Below, one piece after another: positions 1 through 17,100 of a DNA stretch of 64,000 bases. Position 1 is the stretch's first letter, and every line of letters begins with the position of its first letter. The notes below the pieces were generated by a model, which did not search any database, was not told the origin of the DNA, and saw only the letters and a list, made by a program, of their open reading frames with translations. A program made the position numbers and the translations under genes. The stretch is taken from positions 5,642,001 through 5,706,000 of the forward strand of contig OZ316775.1 in assembly GCA_973851085.1 (NCBI GenBank), written 5' to 3'. The DNA comes from Ptychomitrium polyphyllum. Lineage: Eukaryota.

Positions 1-3000
1 TAGGTGACATTTATACAGTGTCGTGTGAGGATTCAGTGGGAAGGCAGCTGCCCTGTGCCGACTGAGACAAAATATTGGTCTTGCAAATACACATATGATT
101 CGCATCAAAGAGTCTTCCTCCCATCCTCTCATCGCTGAGCTCAGCTGGAGATCGATCATTCCTGACGATTTTGGAACGATACCCGTTCCTCGCCAGGTTG
201 GTTCGCAAGACATTTTCCACGAAGCAGATCCATCCATGCGGCAATGACTCCCCAACTACGAAGGAGCCGGCAAATGGTAAATGGGGGGCGGGGGGTTCAA
301 AGCAAAGCACTTAGGGCACTCTCTAAAAAAAGAGGAGGATAATTACTTGACACACGGAGCTAAACAGACCATTTCAGAGAATGTCCAATGCTCCAATGTG
401 ACACCCCTTAATGCGAGCAGACATACTACAACCTAACATGTTACAATATAGGAATAGGCCGAATTTAGAAATTTTAAGAGCGCCCAGTGCTGAAGCCACG
501 AACATCGTAGAACGGACTAATCATCAGCTCCAACAATATCTGAGTCCATATGGAACCATAATTCGAATCCTGGCTCCCTGATCGAGTCCTCCAGGCTTGG
601 CTATCTGCAATTTCCCCAATTACAATTACAGTTCAATCTTAACTTGATATGCAAAAGACCCCCTTTCATTTAACATTTGAGGGACATAATAAGAAAGATC
701 GTATCCTTCGAATGTACACCTAAAAATTTCTTGAACGATCGATGCATCTAGAGAGGAGAAGAGCTTACCCCGTTGAAAGAATCACAGCCCGATAATACCC
801 AACAGTACTAATGTTGTAGGACAGACAACACACCCCTCTCCATGCCCTTCTTCTCCATACGCCATTAGCCTTACTGAGAATACAAAAAGGAAACACCGTT
901 GGCCATTCCCAAGATTCTCATTGGAGAGAATCGCATCATCTTCTAATTCTTCCCACAATTTCAAGCGTCCTGGCGGAAGGGACAATCGGCTGATTAAAAT
1001 GCCTGCCTTTGTCGTGGTGACCGACACCGACTATCGTCTTCTCAGCTACCATTGCGATTAAACTGATCATCAATTGAAGAAATCAGAAATGAGGATGCAG
1101 TTCTGTTCGTAAAAGCGGAGAATAAAAGAAGCAGAGTTGCAACAAGTTTAAGCAGAAAACTATCAGCCCATGAACGTAGGCACTTAACATTATGCAGCTT
1201 GTGGCACATCTCATTCCCATCAGCCCCTAAGCCCTAAACCCTGTCACTGTCATGCATGGTGTAACAGCTGCGAGTTGCAATTGGCAAGAGGAAAGCTCTA
1301 TGACGACTCACATTGTCAAGGTTTAACAATCTCGTGTCTTGAAATACAGGCTTACGAGTGCAAGAGAGAAGAGTTGCAGGAGCCAGAAATCCTTGGAAAA
1401 CAGAGATCGCTGAATTGGTCGCCCGATGGCCCACCTAACGGACAGAAGTCATCTGCACCTTGGGCCGCACACCTCAATTCTGCCTCTCGTCCCTTATAAA
1501 ACCTTAGGTCATCTTCTATTTCTTAGCTAGTCTAAGAGGCAAGTGAGGAGTTTTGAACGTGTCACTACGGGAGGTTGACGTGATGCTCTAAACCGTACGA
1601 CTTTGAACCATAGGAATGCTGGGGTTACGTACATACACGACGTTTCTGTTTAGAGATCTGTGATATAGAATCGTTTGGGTGTCATGATTCATGTAGTGGA
1701 AGATTTCTTTCCCAATATGTTATGCCTGTCGTGCTTGTTCTATAGTTCTCTTGTGACCCGTTTAGGTTTTGCCGTGCGGCTGCTTTATCTTAAACCCCAA
1801 TCCGCCGAGCTACAACCTCCAGCGATAACTCTTCTATGTTATCGACGGCTTTTATACGCTCGTAAAGGAACGCGAGGTTATAATTCGTGTGTTCTATTAT
1901 GAGCTCATGATTCGCGCTTAAGCAACAGTCTTTCAGTGTACACTTGTTTGTGAAGCGGACAGGTCGTTATACTTATGCCCTTGAAGGTTAGGGCTGTCTC
2001 TCGTCAAAGAATGGCCTTTTTCATTGATATCAGCTTATTTCTTAGATTGGTGAGTGGCCTTGTTAAACTATGATGCAATATGTTCAGTATTCCGTTTTAG
2101 AGTATTGGAAAGGTCTGAGGTATCAAAACAATAGCCGAGTGACATTGTCACATGTGGATTTCCAGGAAACTGAGATCTTTCTTTAGAGCATGCAAGGTGG
2201 TGTTTTCGTTAGCCGAATCTATGCTGAAGGAGGTTCCTTCAGCAAGATTGATGTGACTGTAGTACCGTGATTCTCTAGGACCAAACCACCTTCGTTCTGA
2301 GATTCATGTATCAAATCCCACCTCAAGCTTCTATGATGATCAAAGAAATTATGGTTATCCTGATTCATATTGATGACCACACATTTGACTAGGACGATCT
2401 GAGATGTCGAGTGCTGGGCTCTGTAAATGTTGTGTTGTGGTGAAGCTGGCGGTTGATGCCTTAGCGTTGTTCTAATGAGCCGGACTGCGGCTTTGATTAA
2501 TTGCAGAAAATAGTCTTTCGCTCCTATCTGACGCCTTTTAAACCATATCCTATTGTGCTTTGAGAACTGCTCCATACCGAGTCTGCAGAAGTCCTCCCTT
2601 CTATGGAGGAACGACTGCCGCATGGGGCACAAATTAAGGCTGACTAGAAGATGATGGAAAGGTTCTGATTTCTTTCCTGCATATATGTGAGCAATATTTC
2701 AGAACAACATCATGATTCCAAAATATGCAACAAAGCATCTCAAAACAACTTCGTGCTTGGCTTAACAACCAATACAGAAGCTTAATTGAAAGAAGCAACA
2801 GCAGATGTGCACAACCTCAATGTCAGGTATTGTGTTTGCCCAGTTCAGCTTCACTGCTACGGAATTCTCCTTCATCCTTCCTCAACTGCTAACAATAAAA
2901 GTCTCACTCTAAAGATATATGAGTGCTCATCAGCATCTCTCCACAGCCAGAATCTCATAATTTTGCTAACCCGGATCACCGCTAAGCCATATGACCGTAT

Positions 3001-3612
3001 GTGTTCGTTGAGAAAAATTGACGAAATTTCTCGTGTTCACTGCTGCACTGATACCCAAAGTTCTCGGATTTAACCCGTAGGTTTATTTCAGCATTAAATT
3101 AATCTTGGTATTGCGAACTTGTTCAGTGGTATGCTGTGTTCCTGGAAGATCGTCTACATTCGTTTTCGATTCCACTCCTCACTCGTGAAGAAGCATTTGC
3201 TGACCCGCAGCTTTGGCCAGCACGAGAATCATGTGCCAATTGGGTTTCCGAAAAGCTGAGTGCTACCCTATTTGATCGCTTGCATTTGTCCGTCACGGTG
3301 ACATCAGCTCCTTGTTTCACCCAATAATTTTCCAGGGATAAATGCTCCTGTACGAGGGTTCAGGTTTACAACACCATCGTAGGCGTTGTCTTGGATTGGA
3401 GATACACCATCCTCATTACAGTAGTTGACCACGCTGATCACAACCTCTAATGCCTGGTTATCAGGTTCCTGTCGCCATCCTCTTGAAAGCGCTCAGATAG
3501 TTGCTAGGGCATCAGTCGAGAGCAAATTCTGTGAAGAGGATTACAAATTCTGTGATTGAGTTCTGTCACTATAGAATTTTGTGATTGCAAGGAGCAGGGG
3601 TGGATAGCAGAG

Positions 3613-5615
<2,003 letters not shown>

Positions 5616-6804
5616 GCGAACAGAATAATCATCTTTTTAAGGAGTTTTGGCCTGTAGATACCTTTCTGTTCCAGGATTGGTAATTTATGCGATAAAGAAT
5701 AAGGGCAACCAGTCGAGCAGTCAGGGCTGTTTCGAACCTTGAAATCAGTACATGCGATTCTGTGTGGAAGAGAAGGTACAATACCCGGCCATTATTTTGA
5801 AGAACCGCAAAAATCATCCTCAAGATATTGTCGTCTCACCTGACATGCTCACCGAGCATGCTCGATCCTTGGAGGTAAGTTTGTTCGTTTTAGAGTTTGA
5901 CATGATCTTTCTCGTGCTTTCCTCGTCGCCCTCTTGGTTTCAAGCGTGAACTCAACCGTGAGCCTCATCCTTCTGTAAATTTCTCTTATGGCAGGAACGT
6001 GCAATGGACGAGGTTATCAAGAATCTGAAAGTTATAGCAGATATGCCAGCAAGTGGCCCTTGTTTTGAACTTGGTTCAGATCTTTAGTTCGTCAGCGTAT
6101 ACTACTGTATCATGAACATGTCAGCCAGGCTGCCTCGAATGTGTATAGCTAGTGCATTCATCTTAAATTAAATGACTTGAGCTCCCGGAGAATGTCAATG
6201 TAGTCAGACTACCGTTCGTATAAATATAATCTAAAGACTTGATCTTGGTCTGTACTGCAAGGCTTCTCACGAGCACTTTTCTGCATCAACCACATCTGTA
6301 TACATACTACTTGCACGTAGTTTAGTCGAATTCATCGATTTTATTCATATAACATATAGAATTGTCAACGCCATATGTATATTCTACAAATATGCAAGTG
6401 TCCTTTGATTGTCGTCGAAATGAATGCCAATCAGTACTGCAAATTGGATTTTTATAAAAAATATTCGTTTGTCAAATCCGATAAGCAGCACAATCATTTG
6501 ATATGAACGAGATCAGCTACTGAAACACCGTGGGTTTACGACTCCATTAACTCCAAACTCAGAAAATCATCTTCGAAGACAAACCGCAATTACGGTCATG
6601 AAATGATCCAGGAATGCAGCGTATCTGAAGTCCAGGGTACAAAAATGATAGTAATAAAGGAAACTCCAAACACACGAGTGAATGCCTTGGATGGGAACGG
6701 TAGCCTACGGGAATTAGTGATAATATAGTACAAGGCAGACTTGTAGCCAAAACTCAACAAAAGAGAAACTTCTAACAATCTTCGCTAGGAAAATTTACAG
6801 GGTG

Positions 6805-7452
6805 TTACAAGTCGCTCTGCCATAAAAACAAGGCATAGCTAGCAATTATATCGGGATCGTTGGGCGCTGCCTCAAGTGCTTGCTTGTACAAATTCTCTGC
6901 TTTGTCAGCATCGTGTTGCAAATTCCAGGAGAAAGATGCATACTGACAGAGCAACTTGGAATCTAAGGGATTGGCTTCCACTGCGACCTCGAAGTAGTTC
7001 TGTGCAGCGCCTCTTTCCGTCCACACCTCAGTCAAAAACTCGGTAAACTCTTTCGAGAAGTGGATCTTCACTCTGGTGGTCAGCTCTACAGTTTCATGGT
7101 CAAAAATAGGCCGGCATCCGCGGCTGTTGCACTCCACTCTCCCCACAGCTGCCTGAGTCTCAAAGGAGCCTTGCAAGGCCGCGTGGGTGATCTCTATCGT
7201 AGTTGATTTGGAGCCCTCTATTTCCGCATCTAGGATCCGGCACACAGACACCGGTTGTTTGGTCACTCGAAGGTTAGGGATGGAAGAGAACCTACTCGAC
7301 TGTGACGGTTTCGTTGCAAAATCGTTTGCATTTTCTCTCTCACACGACCATGAAGGAAAAGAAACATGTACCGTCGAACCGAGCCCAGACGAGCAGAACA
7401 CTTGTGACCCTGGAGTGGACAATACTCGTGAAAGCAAACTCCTGCCTGCCAT
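6805..7452 (-). CDS. Plant TPR-like repeat protein, 215 aa, single coding exon
   Basis: C-terminal TPR helices AQNYFEVAVEANPLDSKLLCQYASFSW..DADKAENLYKQALEAAPNDPDIIASYALFLW, preceded by a Ser-rich N-terminus. This architecture is typical of small plant TPR proteins. Confidence 0.85.
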   Translation of the reverse strand: MAGRSLLSRVLSTPGSQVFCSSGLGSTVHVSFPSWSCERENANDFATKPSQSSRFSSIPNLRVTKQPVSVCRILDAEIEGSKSTTIEITHAALQGSFETQAAVGRVECNSRGCRPIFDHETVELTTRVKIHFSKEFTEFLTEVWTERGAAQNYFEVAVEANPLDSKLLCQYASFSWNLQHDADKAENLYKQALEAAPNDPDIIASYALFLWQSDL

Positions 7453-10400
7453 GCTACCCCAGCAATACGAAAACCAGAAAATAAAAAAAATCTACAAGTA
7501 TCAGTCTTCCTTCTAATTCTTCCTTCCTCTTCTCAACTACTCACGGTAGCTCTGAAACTTGATACTGTCACACAGCCGTAGAACCTCTGTGCCTTCAAAA
7601 GAAGGCATTGACGGTAGCATGCACTGTTCAAGTCCCGGCTGCCTACTCAGTAAAACGAACCCCCAACCCACCAGACTCTTGATCGAAGAACGCCGGGCTT
7701 CAAGCGAGTCAAGCGACTCTTCTTCACACAGTTTAATCTTCACATGCACAGTCCCTCTATCATGTGCATGACGCATCAGCGTCATGTGCAACTAGCGAGA
7801 AACTTCGACCAAACAAAGAAAGCACACATCAAACGCAGCAGATCAAATCCACGAAAGAGAACACGAAAACAAACAGTACAAACACCACAACAAGATTCTA
7901 CCACTACAACTCACAATAGGCTTAATAGTCTGGATCAGGTACACAATGCAGCAAGTCTAAGCATGAACCCACTAGCTCATCGACAAACTCCAACAAACTC
8001 AAAGACCCAAGTCCCTGCGTATCCACAGCTAGCAAGCCTTCTGTCAAGGACAAGAGAACTGCAATTAAAGGAGATGGAGAGCAGACAGTGACCAACTTAG
8101 TACTACGAGATGGACCTCCACAGGAATGCATGCAGGTGCAATAAACTTCTGAAAGCTGCGGGCAGGCGAGCATGACGAGGCCCGATAGCCGGGGGATGTT
8201 CCCCATGGCGTGGTGCCAAGTGGCCGAAGACGGTAGTAGGGGGTATCCGCGGCTGCCAACAAGGCAAAGGAAAGGGGGCTGGCATGGGTGTTGTTCTGCT
8301 GTTATCACCTACCTGGTATGCCTAGTGTTGGTATTCGAAGTCTCTACCCAGGGTGGGGCTAGAATGTTCAGAGCTGATACATTTTGAGGGAGCTGTGGTG
8401 AATCTTTTGTCATCGAAGTCAGAATAGCTACAGTGCAGTGGTAGGGCGTATTGGTAAAGGAGGCGGGAGTATTATACGGTGTGCCGTATGGGATCGTGTA
8501 CTATTTGATGTTGTGGTGGAGTTACGGCGTCTACTGTGGTAATTTACTTGGTTAAGTTCTGACTCCTGAGAGGTTTGTTATGGCTTTTGTAATCAAAATT
8601 TTAAGGGAAGAGGATATTTCATCCATGCGTTTTGCCCACAAGTGATTGTTTTAGGTATTAAAAAGGAAACAATGGAGTAAGGTGGGAGCCCCTTTAACCA
8701 TCATTTTAAGCATTTGAGCATATCTACACATGTTGAATTCACTTGGAATTAGTTGTTCTAAACTTATATTTATTTTTTAAATCAAAATTAGGAAAATCAA
8801 TATTTTGGGTTTATCATGAATTTGAGAGGGATTCTTGAAAATTACAAACAATATAGTCATAAAATCAACATTTATAAGTTTTAGCTTAATAGTCTAATAT
8901 ATACTTTGAAGATTTTATAAATAATTAAATAGGTGTACATCATTTATAGGCCTCCTTGCCTCATAACAATTTTGGTAATGTACAAAAATGTGGATTTACC
9001 AGTATTGGATTTGTAAGCACTTAATAAATTATTTATTTATTTTGATAAATGTAATTCAATATAATGATGATCAAGACACTAACACTATTGTCTTGCCACA
9101 TCTTCATCTTTTTAATCAAGCTTCCATAACATTATTTAGTAGTTGAAACTTCACCTTCATTTTAAAAAGTAAAGAACCACAAGAATGATAGCAAGGATAC
9201 ATATCAAGAAATGAAAGAAAATATAATTGTAGTTTAATGACATAAATGATTAAAAGAGATCATGGCACCATTAATTCCATGTTGTGTTTTAGATTTTCTT
9301 ACTTTAATGAAATTTTAAATATCACTTTAGCATAGATGAAAAAATAATAAATCTACAAAATATTCAAAACATATGATTTTTTGTTCATATCTTTGTTCTA
9401 TTAGCTAAAGAAAAAGAATGAGACCATAAAGTAGTTGTCTTGAATAATCAATCTTATCCATTACACCTTATCCTATATGCCTCATTATGAGACATGAAAT
9501 AGACATGTAGAGGTATTTTTCTTAACAAAAAGTAGGCCCTCTCCTAACCTACCCAAATTTAAGTTTAGTGATGATAATGTCACCTAGTTGTATCAGAAGT
9601 TATATAGCTAGGTGACTTTACCATGGCACATGAAGCAAGTATATAAAGAGTTTCTTAGACCTTTGGTACCAACCCTATAATAAACAATGCTGGTGTAGTG
9701 CTTGTATGATAAAACAAAAAAATGCAGTGGAAAAGGTGAAGCAACATCATCTGTTATCAAATTCTCTCCATCTACTTTTGCCTACAGCTCTCTGTGAATG
9801 GGGAGACTCACTGCATGACCGGTGCATCCAGGATGCACCATTCAATCAAGGACACTCAAACAACATAGAAATATCAATTATACTGCATCATACTTAAAAA
9901 GGGATTTTTCTTGAAATGATAGACTGAGGACTCAGGTCACAAGAGTGTGGTTGGCAAACTTTGACAGTGCATGGACATGATAACCACTTCATAACTTATA
10001 ATTATGCCCCCACAAACCACACACGCTGCTTGTACAACTTGGTGGGACCTGAGGAAGCAAAAAAGATGCATTGCATGGAGTGTTAGTGGATGGCAAGGAC
10101 TAAAACATGGAACAGTACTCTCCTTGGATAATTTAGTTTTCACCTGCATAAGTTTATCATCACCTTTGTCTGTAAGCTCTCATGCTGGAGGTCCAAGCCT
10201 GCCCATTTCCCCAACACTTAGAGCACTTCATACAAAATGGAAGCAAATTCTCTTAGAACTGCCCTACACATTCAAGTAATTTATAAGTATACTTGGAATT
10301 GGATACAGCGACACTTTACTTGCACCGGGCCCACCACCCCTCTATAAGGAACTGGAGTTGGATAGATTTTATGGGCTCTTCCCTGCTCTTGGTACCAGGG

Positions 10401-13400
10401 ACATGGAGACGGTTTGATGGAACATGCAATGTTCTAATTTTGGCTTGATTATTTGAATACTTTTTCTGTATAGGATATCTAGGATTTTTTTTCAAATCCT
10501 CAACAATTGTTGCCTCTTTTTGCAGTGAAGTACAATATTTTTCTTGTGTGAGAAATAAAAAAGGGCGATCAGAAGGTAATGGTTATCTGAAATTATTGCA
10601 GCCTACTGCAATGATTCCATGCGTATACATGTTGAGGGACCAATTATTGTGTCATTTGCAGATTGGTGCTCCAGATTGTGTGGACTTTGTACATATGGGC
10701 CGTTTTATGAGGTAGATGAGGTATTTGTGCAGCAAAGCATAGTATGGCTGGGAGGTGTTGCACACCTTGTTCAGAAGCCCTGACTCCATTGTTCATTTCA
10801 TTATTAATTAGGATTTGTCATTTGGGTAATTTTACAGTAATCAGGGTAGTAGATTACTTTACTGTCGTTTGCCTTCAACGTGACACAACACTTAGACCTT
10901 CCTCAATGAAACATGTACTACAATGATATATGAAAACGCTATAAGGCTCAAAATATCCTTGTCCTCAAAAAAGGTGATTATAATACCGCTACAACTTATG
11001 AAAGATAATGTGGAATATTACAAATTGGTAAATAGCAATCTAATACATAAGGTTATTTAAGAAACAACTTCAACACCTGGGATTGACTGACTGCCTCATG
11101 ATTCATTTACCAAATCATATGCACAGGTATAACTGAAGAGAATGTACAACACACTAGCCATTATTAAACTTTAGTGGAAGGAGTGGTCTAATATTTCAGA
11201 AGCCACTTCCTTCAGTTGTCAGTTGTACTTGGCAGAGTGTTTCACAGGCAACAGATTCAAATATAGTGCATGCTACACTCTTCTCTGTTGTAAATTATGA
11301 ATATAGTTGAGAGCGTAAATGAATGAGTTGTGTATTTCACTGAAATAGGTGCTTCAGAGGCCCCCCACATTAGCAGCAAGCTCATCTGCCCACCAACCTT
11401 CCTTATCCCCAACACAAGCATAGTTTTCCCAGTGAAAAGGAAGAACATGTACACTACAGTAGTTCATTCACAAAGGGGCAGATTCATTCCATGCTTGCCC
11501 AAGCTCTGCACAAGTTGCTGTGACTAAGGTTAAATTAAAATAACCAAGTCTTCCTGCTTCCAATACATAATTGACACCTGCAAACTCTAGGCTAAACTTC
11601 AATGAATTATTAACATCATTGTGCAAGCCTCGAAGGTATGAATGAATCAGAATGATGCTGGTAAATCATGATCCATGCTCCTAAAACCGGCAGATTTTCA
11701 TTTGTTACTTGAGAATGCATGACACATGGCACGCTTGTTGCCTTGACAAGTGGTAATGAGAATTCGCATATAAGTATGCTTAAGAATTTCTTCTAAATTC
11801 CAACTAATAATACAACGTAGCGTACGTATGGAAAAATACTTCATATACCGTATGGCATAAAAGGTCCCCTAAATCTGCCAGAGTGATTAGCCGATCTAGT
11901 TCCATTTAATTGATACGCACCTAACTTACTATTTCATACCTAGTTGGTTCTCATAAGCGTTGAAGGCAATAGCTAAGCCTCCAGCTGACCAACTTACAGT
12001 CTTTGAAACCAAACTTTACAATTGCTACGAACGCCTGCACCACCCGGGCAGGCTGTGAATGGAGATTCGAAAATATGATTCACTTATACCTTTCCATATA
12101 GAGTAAGAGCATCAATTCCCTCAACCAACACTTAGTCAACAGAGTGATGACCAGAGACAATTTGCCTTCCGAGCTTCGGTAATCTTGTGAAACTTGACAA
12201 GGAAATCGAATTTGTAAAATACATCCACATCATCAATAGCAGTGCGATTATTTGATCGACAAATCGGTAATCAGTTTGAGAGACGAGAGAGAGAAGAGCC
12301 TTGCATCCAGGATTGTGTCATATGCATGCTTATGAGAGAAGACTCAGAAGAGAAAAATGAAGTGGACTCGTGCACTTGGCCCACCTTTGTAACCATGTGG
12401 GCTCAAATTGAAAACATGCTCTCCACCAGGTTCCTTGAATATTTCCACCTGCTACAGTATCGGACATGGCAGTGAGCAAACTTCGTCCTCTTAGGAATGC
12501 ACTGTGAACCTCTTCTTTTCAGATTCTCCAAGTCAACTGGAGACCAATGGAGAACAACGTTCTGATCCGGAAAAGATTCCCTCGCCGGTTCGTCCGTCAG
12601 GTAAAACTCCTGTTACTCCCAATAGACCATAAATTTGAAGGATAGCCTGACGAAGTACTGACCTGAATCTGTTGTAATTTGCGGATAACGCCATTCCAAA
12701 TATTCTCTCGAGGCTGCACTGTACTCAGTCAGGTCTCTCTTGGAGTCACCGTATGTACGCCACCCCAGTTGATCATGTGACGAGGTTCTCGATATAGCTG
12801 CTTGCACATGTTTCTTGAGATTCCAGGCGTACAGATTGAATCTGGGCTAAGAGGATGTTCGCAGTGTGATACGTCATAGTGCAGAACTTACACTCTTCGA
12901 CGTTGCAGATATCAATGACATTGTTCAGTTACAGTATATGAGCGGGAACTCAGCTCCAGCAGCAATTTTCTAGCTTTCGGCAAAACTGGGTTAGTATGAG
13001 CAGAGTACGTATGGACCCCTAGATTCTCCAACGCTCAAAGCGTTTCAAACCAGACTGACCTTGTAACCGTCTACTTCCAGTTTTTGGAGCATTTTGCACT
13101 TGGAATGGACCAGAGGTAAGAAGCACCGGTACGGAAGATTATGGTAATTGGAATCTGTGGATATACGAAGTGACATTTGATGGTTAGAGTGAATAGCGTT
13201 TGCAGCAGGTCGGCAACTCTAGTTACTCCAGAAATTCCAACCCGCCTGGTTCACATGGAGAGGTCATGGGTAGAAGATTGAGGAACAACAACGAATGTAT
13301 GCTTTATTAAGTCATACGGGAATTTGGAGTAGTGTCAGTGACAACAATCTCTGAAAGACAAAGTAAGTCTTAGGTTTTGATATTCTTTACGAATCCATCA

Positions 13401-14073
13401 AATGTAGGAATTGTGCCTCGATTTCTGAAACCAGACACGTACCTTATCTCTTCTATCGGCATCATAGTCCCTTGAGAACTAAACGCAAGTGCATGAATAT
13501 CCGGATGTCTCTGGATTCATTGTTTCGCCATCGACTCTCACCTCTCTGTTTTTCCGAGCCTTTTTAGGCAAACTCTCTCGACTTTCTTTCACCTCTTCCT
13601 CGGTATTCGTGAAACTTGTAGCCCCACGCTCCTTATAGATTGGTGGCCTGATACGACAGCCACAATTTGTCAGCAAGACAGACCATTTCCCCTGAACACA
13701 GCATCTGGAAATTCGACGGGACCCACAGAAGTATACGCACAATTTAGCATCAAACTATTCAATCGCCTTGAATATAAAACTACTTGAAAGTGTTTCTGCA
13801 AACTATAACTATAGTGAGATTAACAGGAGTCAACACAACCTAATTACCACAACTTATGTCAAGGACTTAATTCATGTCTACAATATGCCTCAGCAACATG
13901 TATCTTGTAGTGACTAGCGAAGCATGATTTTAGAGTATGAGGGATCTAAGAAATGCCTCGAAGAAATTGTGTGCAGGGCTCGAAGAACTTATTTCAAACT
14001 AAACTGAGCTCCAACGATGATGAATGAGGCCATGCGTTTAATCAAAAGAAAGGAAGATGGATCAAACTGGCGT

Positions 14074-14135
14074 AATATCTGCTCCCTGATAGCGCAATAT
14101 CTGCTCCCTGATAGCGCAATATCTGCTCCCTGATA
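14074..14135. repeat. Tandem repeat, 22-bp unit AATATCTGCTCCCTGATAGCGC x2.8
   Basis: Identical copies start at 14074, 14096 and 14118 (the last is partial). Confidence 0.95.
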
Positions 14136-17100
14136 TGTAAAATGTTCATAGTGCATCTTACAAGCTTAAATGGAGAGTTCATTGCTACAGAAGATGGCTT
14201 TGTGCTTGGAGTATGTCCTTAAAAGCACACTCCAACCACAGGATAGAAGGGCACTCGTTGTGAGGCACGGCGCACAGAGCCTCGCATCGCTACTAGTGAT
14301 AGCAGTCATTCTGTACTTTGTTTGGCCTTGAGTTGCTAGGAGAATGAAGATCTTGATCGAAAGCCCAAAAATTGTATTCATAGACCCTGACAATGAACTG
14401 AGAGAGCATGGTGATAGCACACAGCACTTCGCACAAAGAGGCATTCTGGATAATGAACCAATTATACTTAAGGCAATCGATTGTCAATCCAAGTTCCCAG
14501 TGTGATAAGAGTGTGATCCAAGTAAGCCTTTTCAAGGTTCGATAAAACTGATGTAATTTAGGCTCCGAAGTATTACAGAAGTAAACTAACCATCAAGCAC
14601 ACATCTATGTTAGAGACAAAGGTTAGTGGGAATGAATTCATTCAACAAAGCACATTTATGCTGATGAAGAGAGTCACGATCTGCAAGATTTTTCTTTACA
14701 CTACAGTATCATACCGATCTAGGACGATGCAAACATACGAGATGCGAACTGGCAGGCTGCGATAAACTCTCAAAATCAGGTGTCTATGTTGTCAGTTTCT
14801 AAAATCATGCTCAAGTATACTTTCATTGACTTCCCTGACATACTATGAAATCCAAGGCTGACCTATCAGAACTTCTAGGAGATCAACTCTTGTGAAGACT
14901 AAACTTAGACATTCTGTGAAAGAATCAAACAGGAGGCAGTGCCTAAGGCGTAGGTCCAGCTCCGTGCGTTTGACGATACAAAATTTCAACTGTTGATTTG
15001 GTGTATCTAGATCCACTAATATAGTACCTACAAACGTGCATAATACTTGTAGAATGACACACGCCTACTATGTATCATTTGGGTGGATTTGGCTATATAC
15101 ACTTATGTATTTCAATTGTTTTTAGTGAAGGAGCCTGATATGGATCACCCCGGCAAATTTGGACTAAAAATCCTCTAATTGAAGTTTTATTTAGCAATCA
15201 CTCTGGGAGGGTTCGTCGTTCGAAACCCCCTGTGCTATCACCTTGTTCTACGAGTTCATTGTTTAGGGCCTCTAAAAATAAATTTCGGGCCCTCAGCGAA
15301 GGTCTTGTCCTGTTCCAATTTCCTAGCGATACAAGGTTTAGTATAGTGCACGACGCTCGCTATCGTTAGAAGACCTACATCACCACCAGCAACACCTCCC
15401 AAAGTCGGAACTAATTCTTTTTTCTTAAGCTTGTATTTACCACAACAGCCTGTATTTTGTCACCTGTCTTGTCCTCACATGGAAAATCTAGCTCTTAAGT
15501 GTATCGTGGGCATGTAGCCTTCTGCAACAATCGTGGCCACGACTAAGAGGAGTCGAACACCGTTGGAGTAACAAGTCAATCAGATGAAGGGCACCTGGTT
15601 AAGACTAAGGTTCTCATGTTCATATTCCTAAAGCTACAACTCTCCTATTAGCTGCTCCAAACTTTTGCAACAGGGTTTAGGGTTCCTGGTGAAGCGTACT
15701 CTCACATTACTCAGACACTAAGAGTAAGATTGGACTGATTTGTGCACTTTCGATGCTTTCGAGCAGCATAAACAATTGTAAAGCATACAACGGATTATTG
15801 AATCTCTCGATTGCAATGGATCAGTTACACTGTGCCGTTCGATTTGGTGTCATAAATTGTATGCAAACATGTCCACGTTGGAGTTTGCAGAATTGATATT
15901 GAACTCAAATAAGGTGTTAAATTGAAGACCAGAAGTGAGAACAATTATTACCTGCAGGCAAAGAACAATCAAAAGATAGTCGACGAAATGTTTAATGTTA
16001 ACAAGTTCCAGAAGTGGCATCACTTTGCATGAATGATTTGCGCCAGCTTCAAATTACCTTAATTCCAAATAATTTTTTTGTCCAATCTGTAACTGTAGAA
16101 TAACAATAGAAAATTGTGAACGGCAAAGGATAAGAGGAAAGTAGACCATGAGATGTGTTACTGCATAAGTTGATTTATTTAGTTGAGCGATAGTTTCATT
16201 GATAGTCTTGCCAATGTCTATAGCATCGGGGTTAGTCACTACGCCTCCACCACTGATAATACCAGGCTAACTCTGATAGATCGATATAGCTGACTTTCAT
16301 TGTATTGTGTAGACAGAGCGTTCAGCGGTTTAGTTCTACTTCCATCAAAATAAATAATTATGACAAAGTCTTCGGATTCCCGCAACATTTCCAAAAAACC
16401 GAGGTTGTGCATAAAATTGACCTGTAATTAAAGAATACAATCTCGTTTAAGAGTCGGCTTTAAGTTTAAATTGTATTCTGCAAGCCTGGACTCTGTTTTA
16501 ACATTGGGGGTTGTTGCCATCATTTTCTGTTTGCCTGGAGTTCAAGTTTGAGATTCGAGAAAGAGTAACGATCTTTGTCACCCCCTGTTGGTGGGTGAGT
16601 TAATTTAGGAATTTGTTGCATCGCTAAGCTTGGCAACAATTGCCTCTAACCTCAACAAGTAACAGAATAACAAACTCAAAGTCATATCCACTGCTACAGT
16701 TGGCCATGTGCAAAGTAGATTCTGTGACACTTTTAAATTTCAGAAAGCCATGGACGCACGCTAGGATTCTGGAACAGACCGCGCTTGAATTAAACCATGA
16801 CTGGAAATGGGCTGGAAACAGAGCTCTACCGACATTCCGACACATGAAAGCTCACATCAACCACTAATTGGTTACAGCAAGCGACCTATATATTACCAAC
16901 TTAGAAAGGAGTCATTCAGATTTCCGACGTTTGAAGGATGAGTTGAAATGAAAAGCAATATCCATAGCTTTAACCAGATCAAAAACATATAGCTAATTAG
17001 TAATAAGACCATGATCGATCATCATGTACAGATGCCCCTTGTACGATAACAACTTAAACTGAAGAAGCTCGGGTAAGGTTCTTTCAAATCGAGGACTTAC

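Noticed and set aside
568..582. CCTGGCTCCCTG resembling part of miR160
   Set aside because: Only 12 nt match and no supporting precursor hairpin.
11..1434. Minus-strand ORFs and isolated splice-like sites at the left edge
   Set aside because: No coherent spliced reading frame or recognisable protein could be built.
2219..2632. 137-aa minus-strand ORF
   Set aside because: Non-ATG start and no motif. It lies in the probable OPR upstream or leader region.
8400..12200. Short ORFs in the intergenic region after the TPR promoter
   Set aside because: No recognisable domains, repeats or consistent splice structure.
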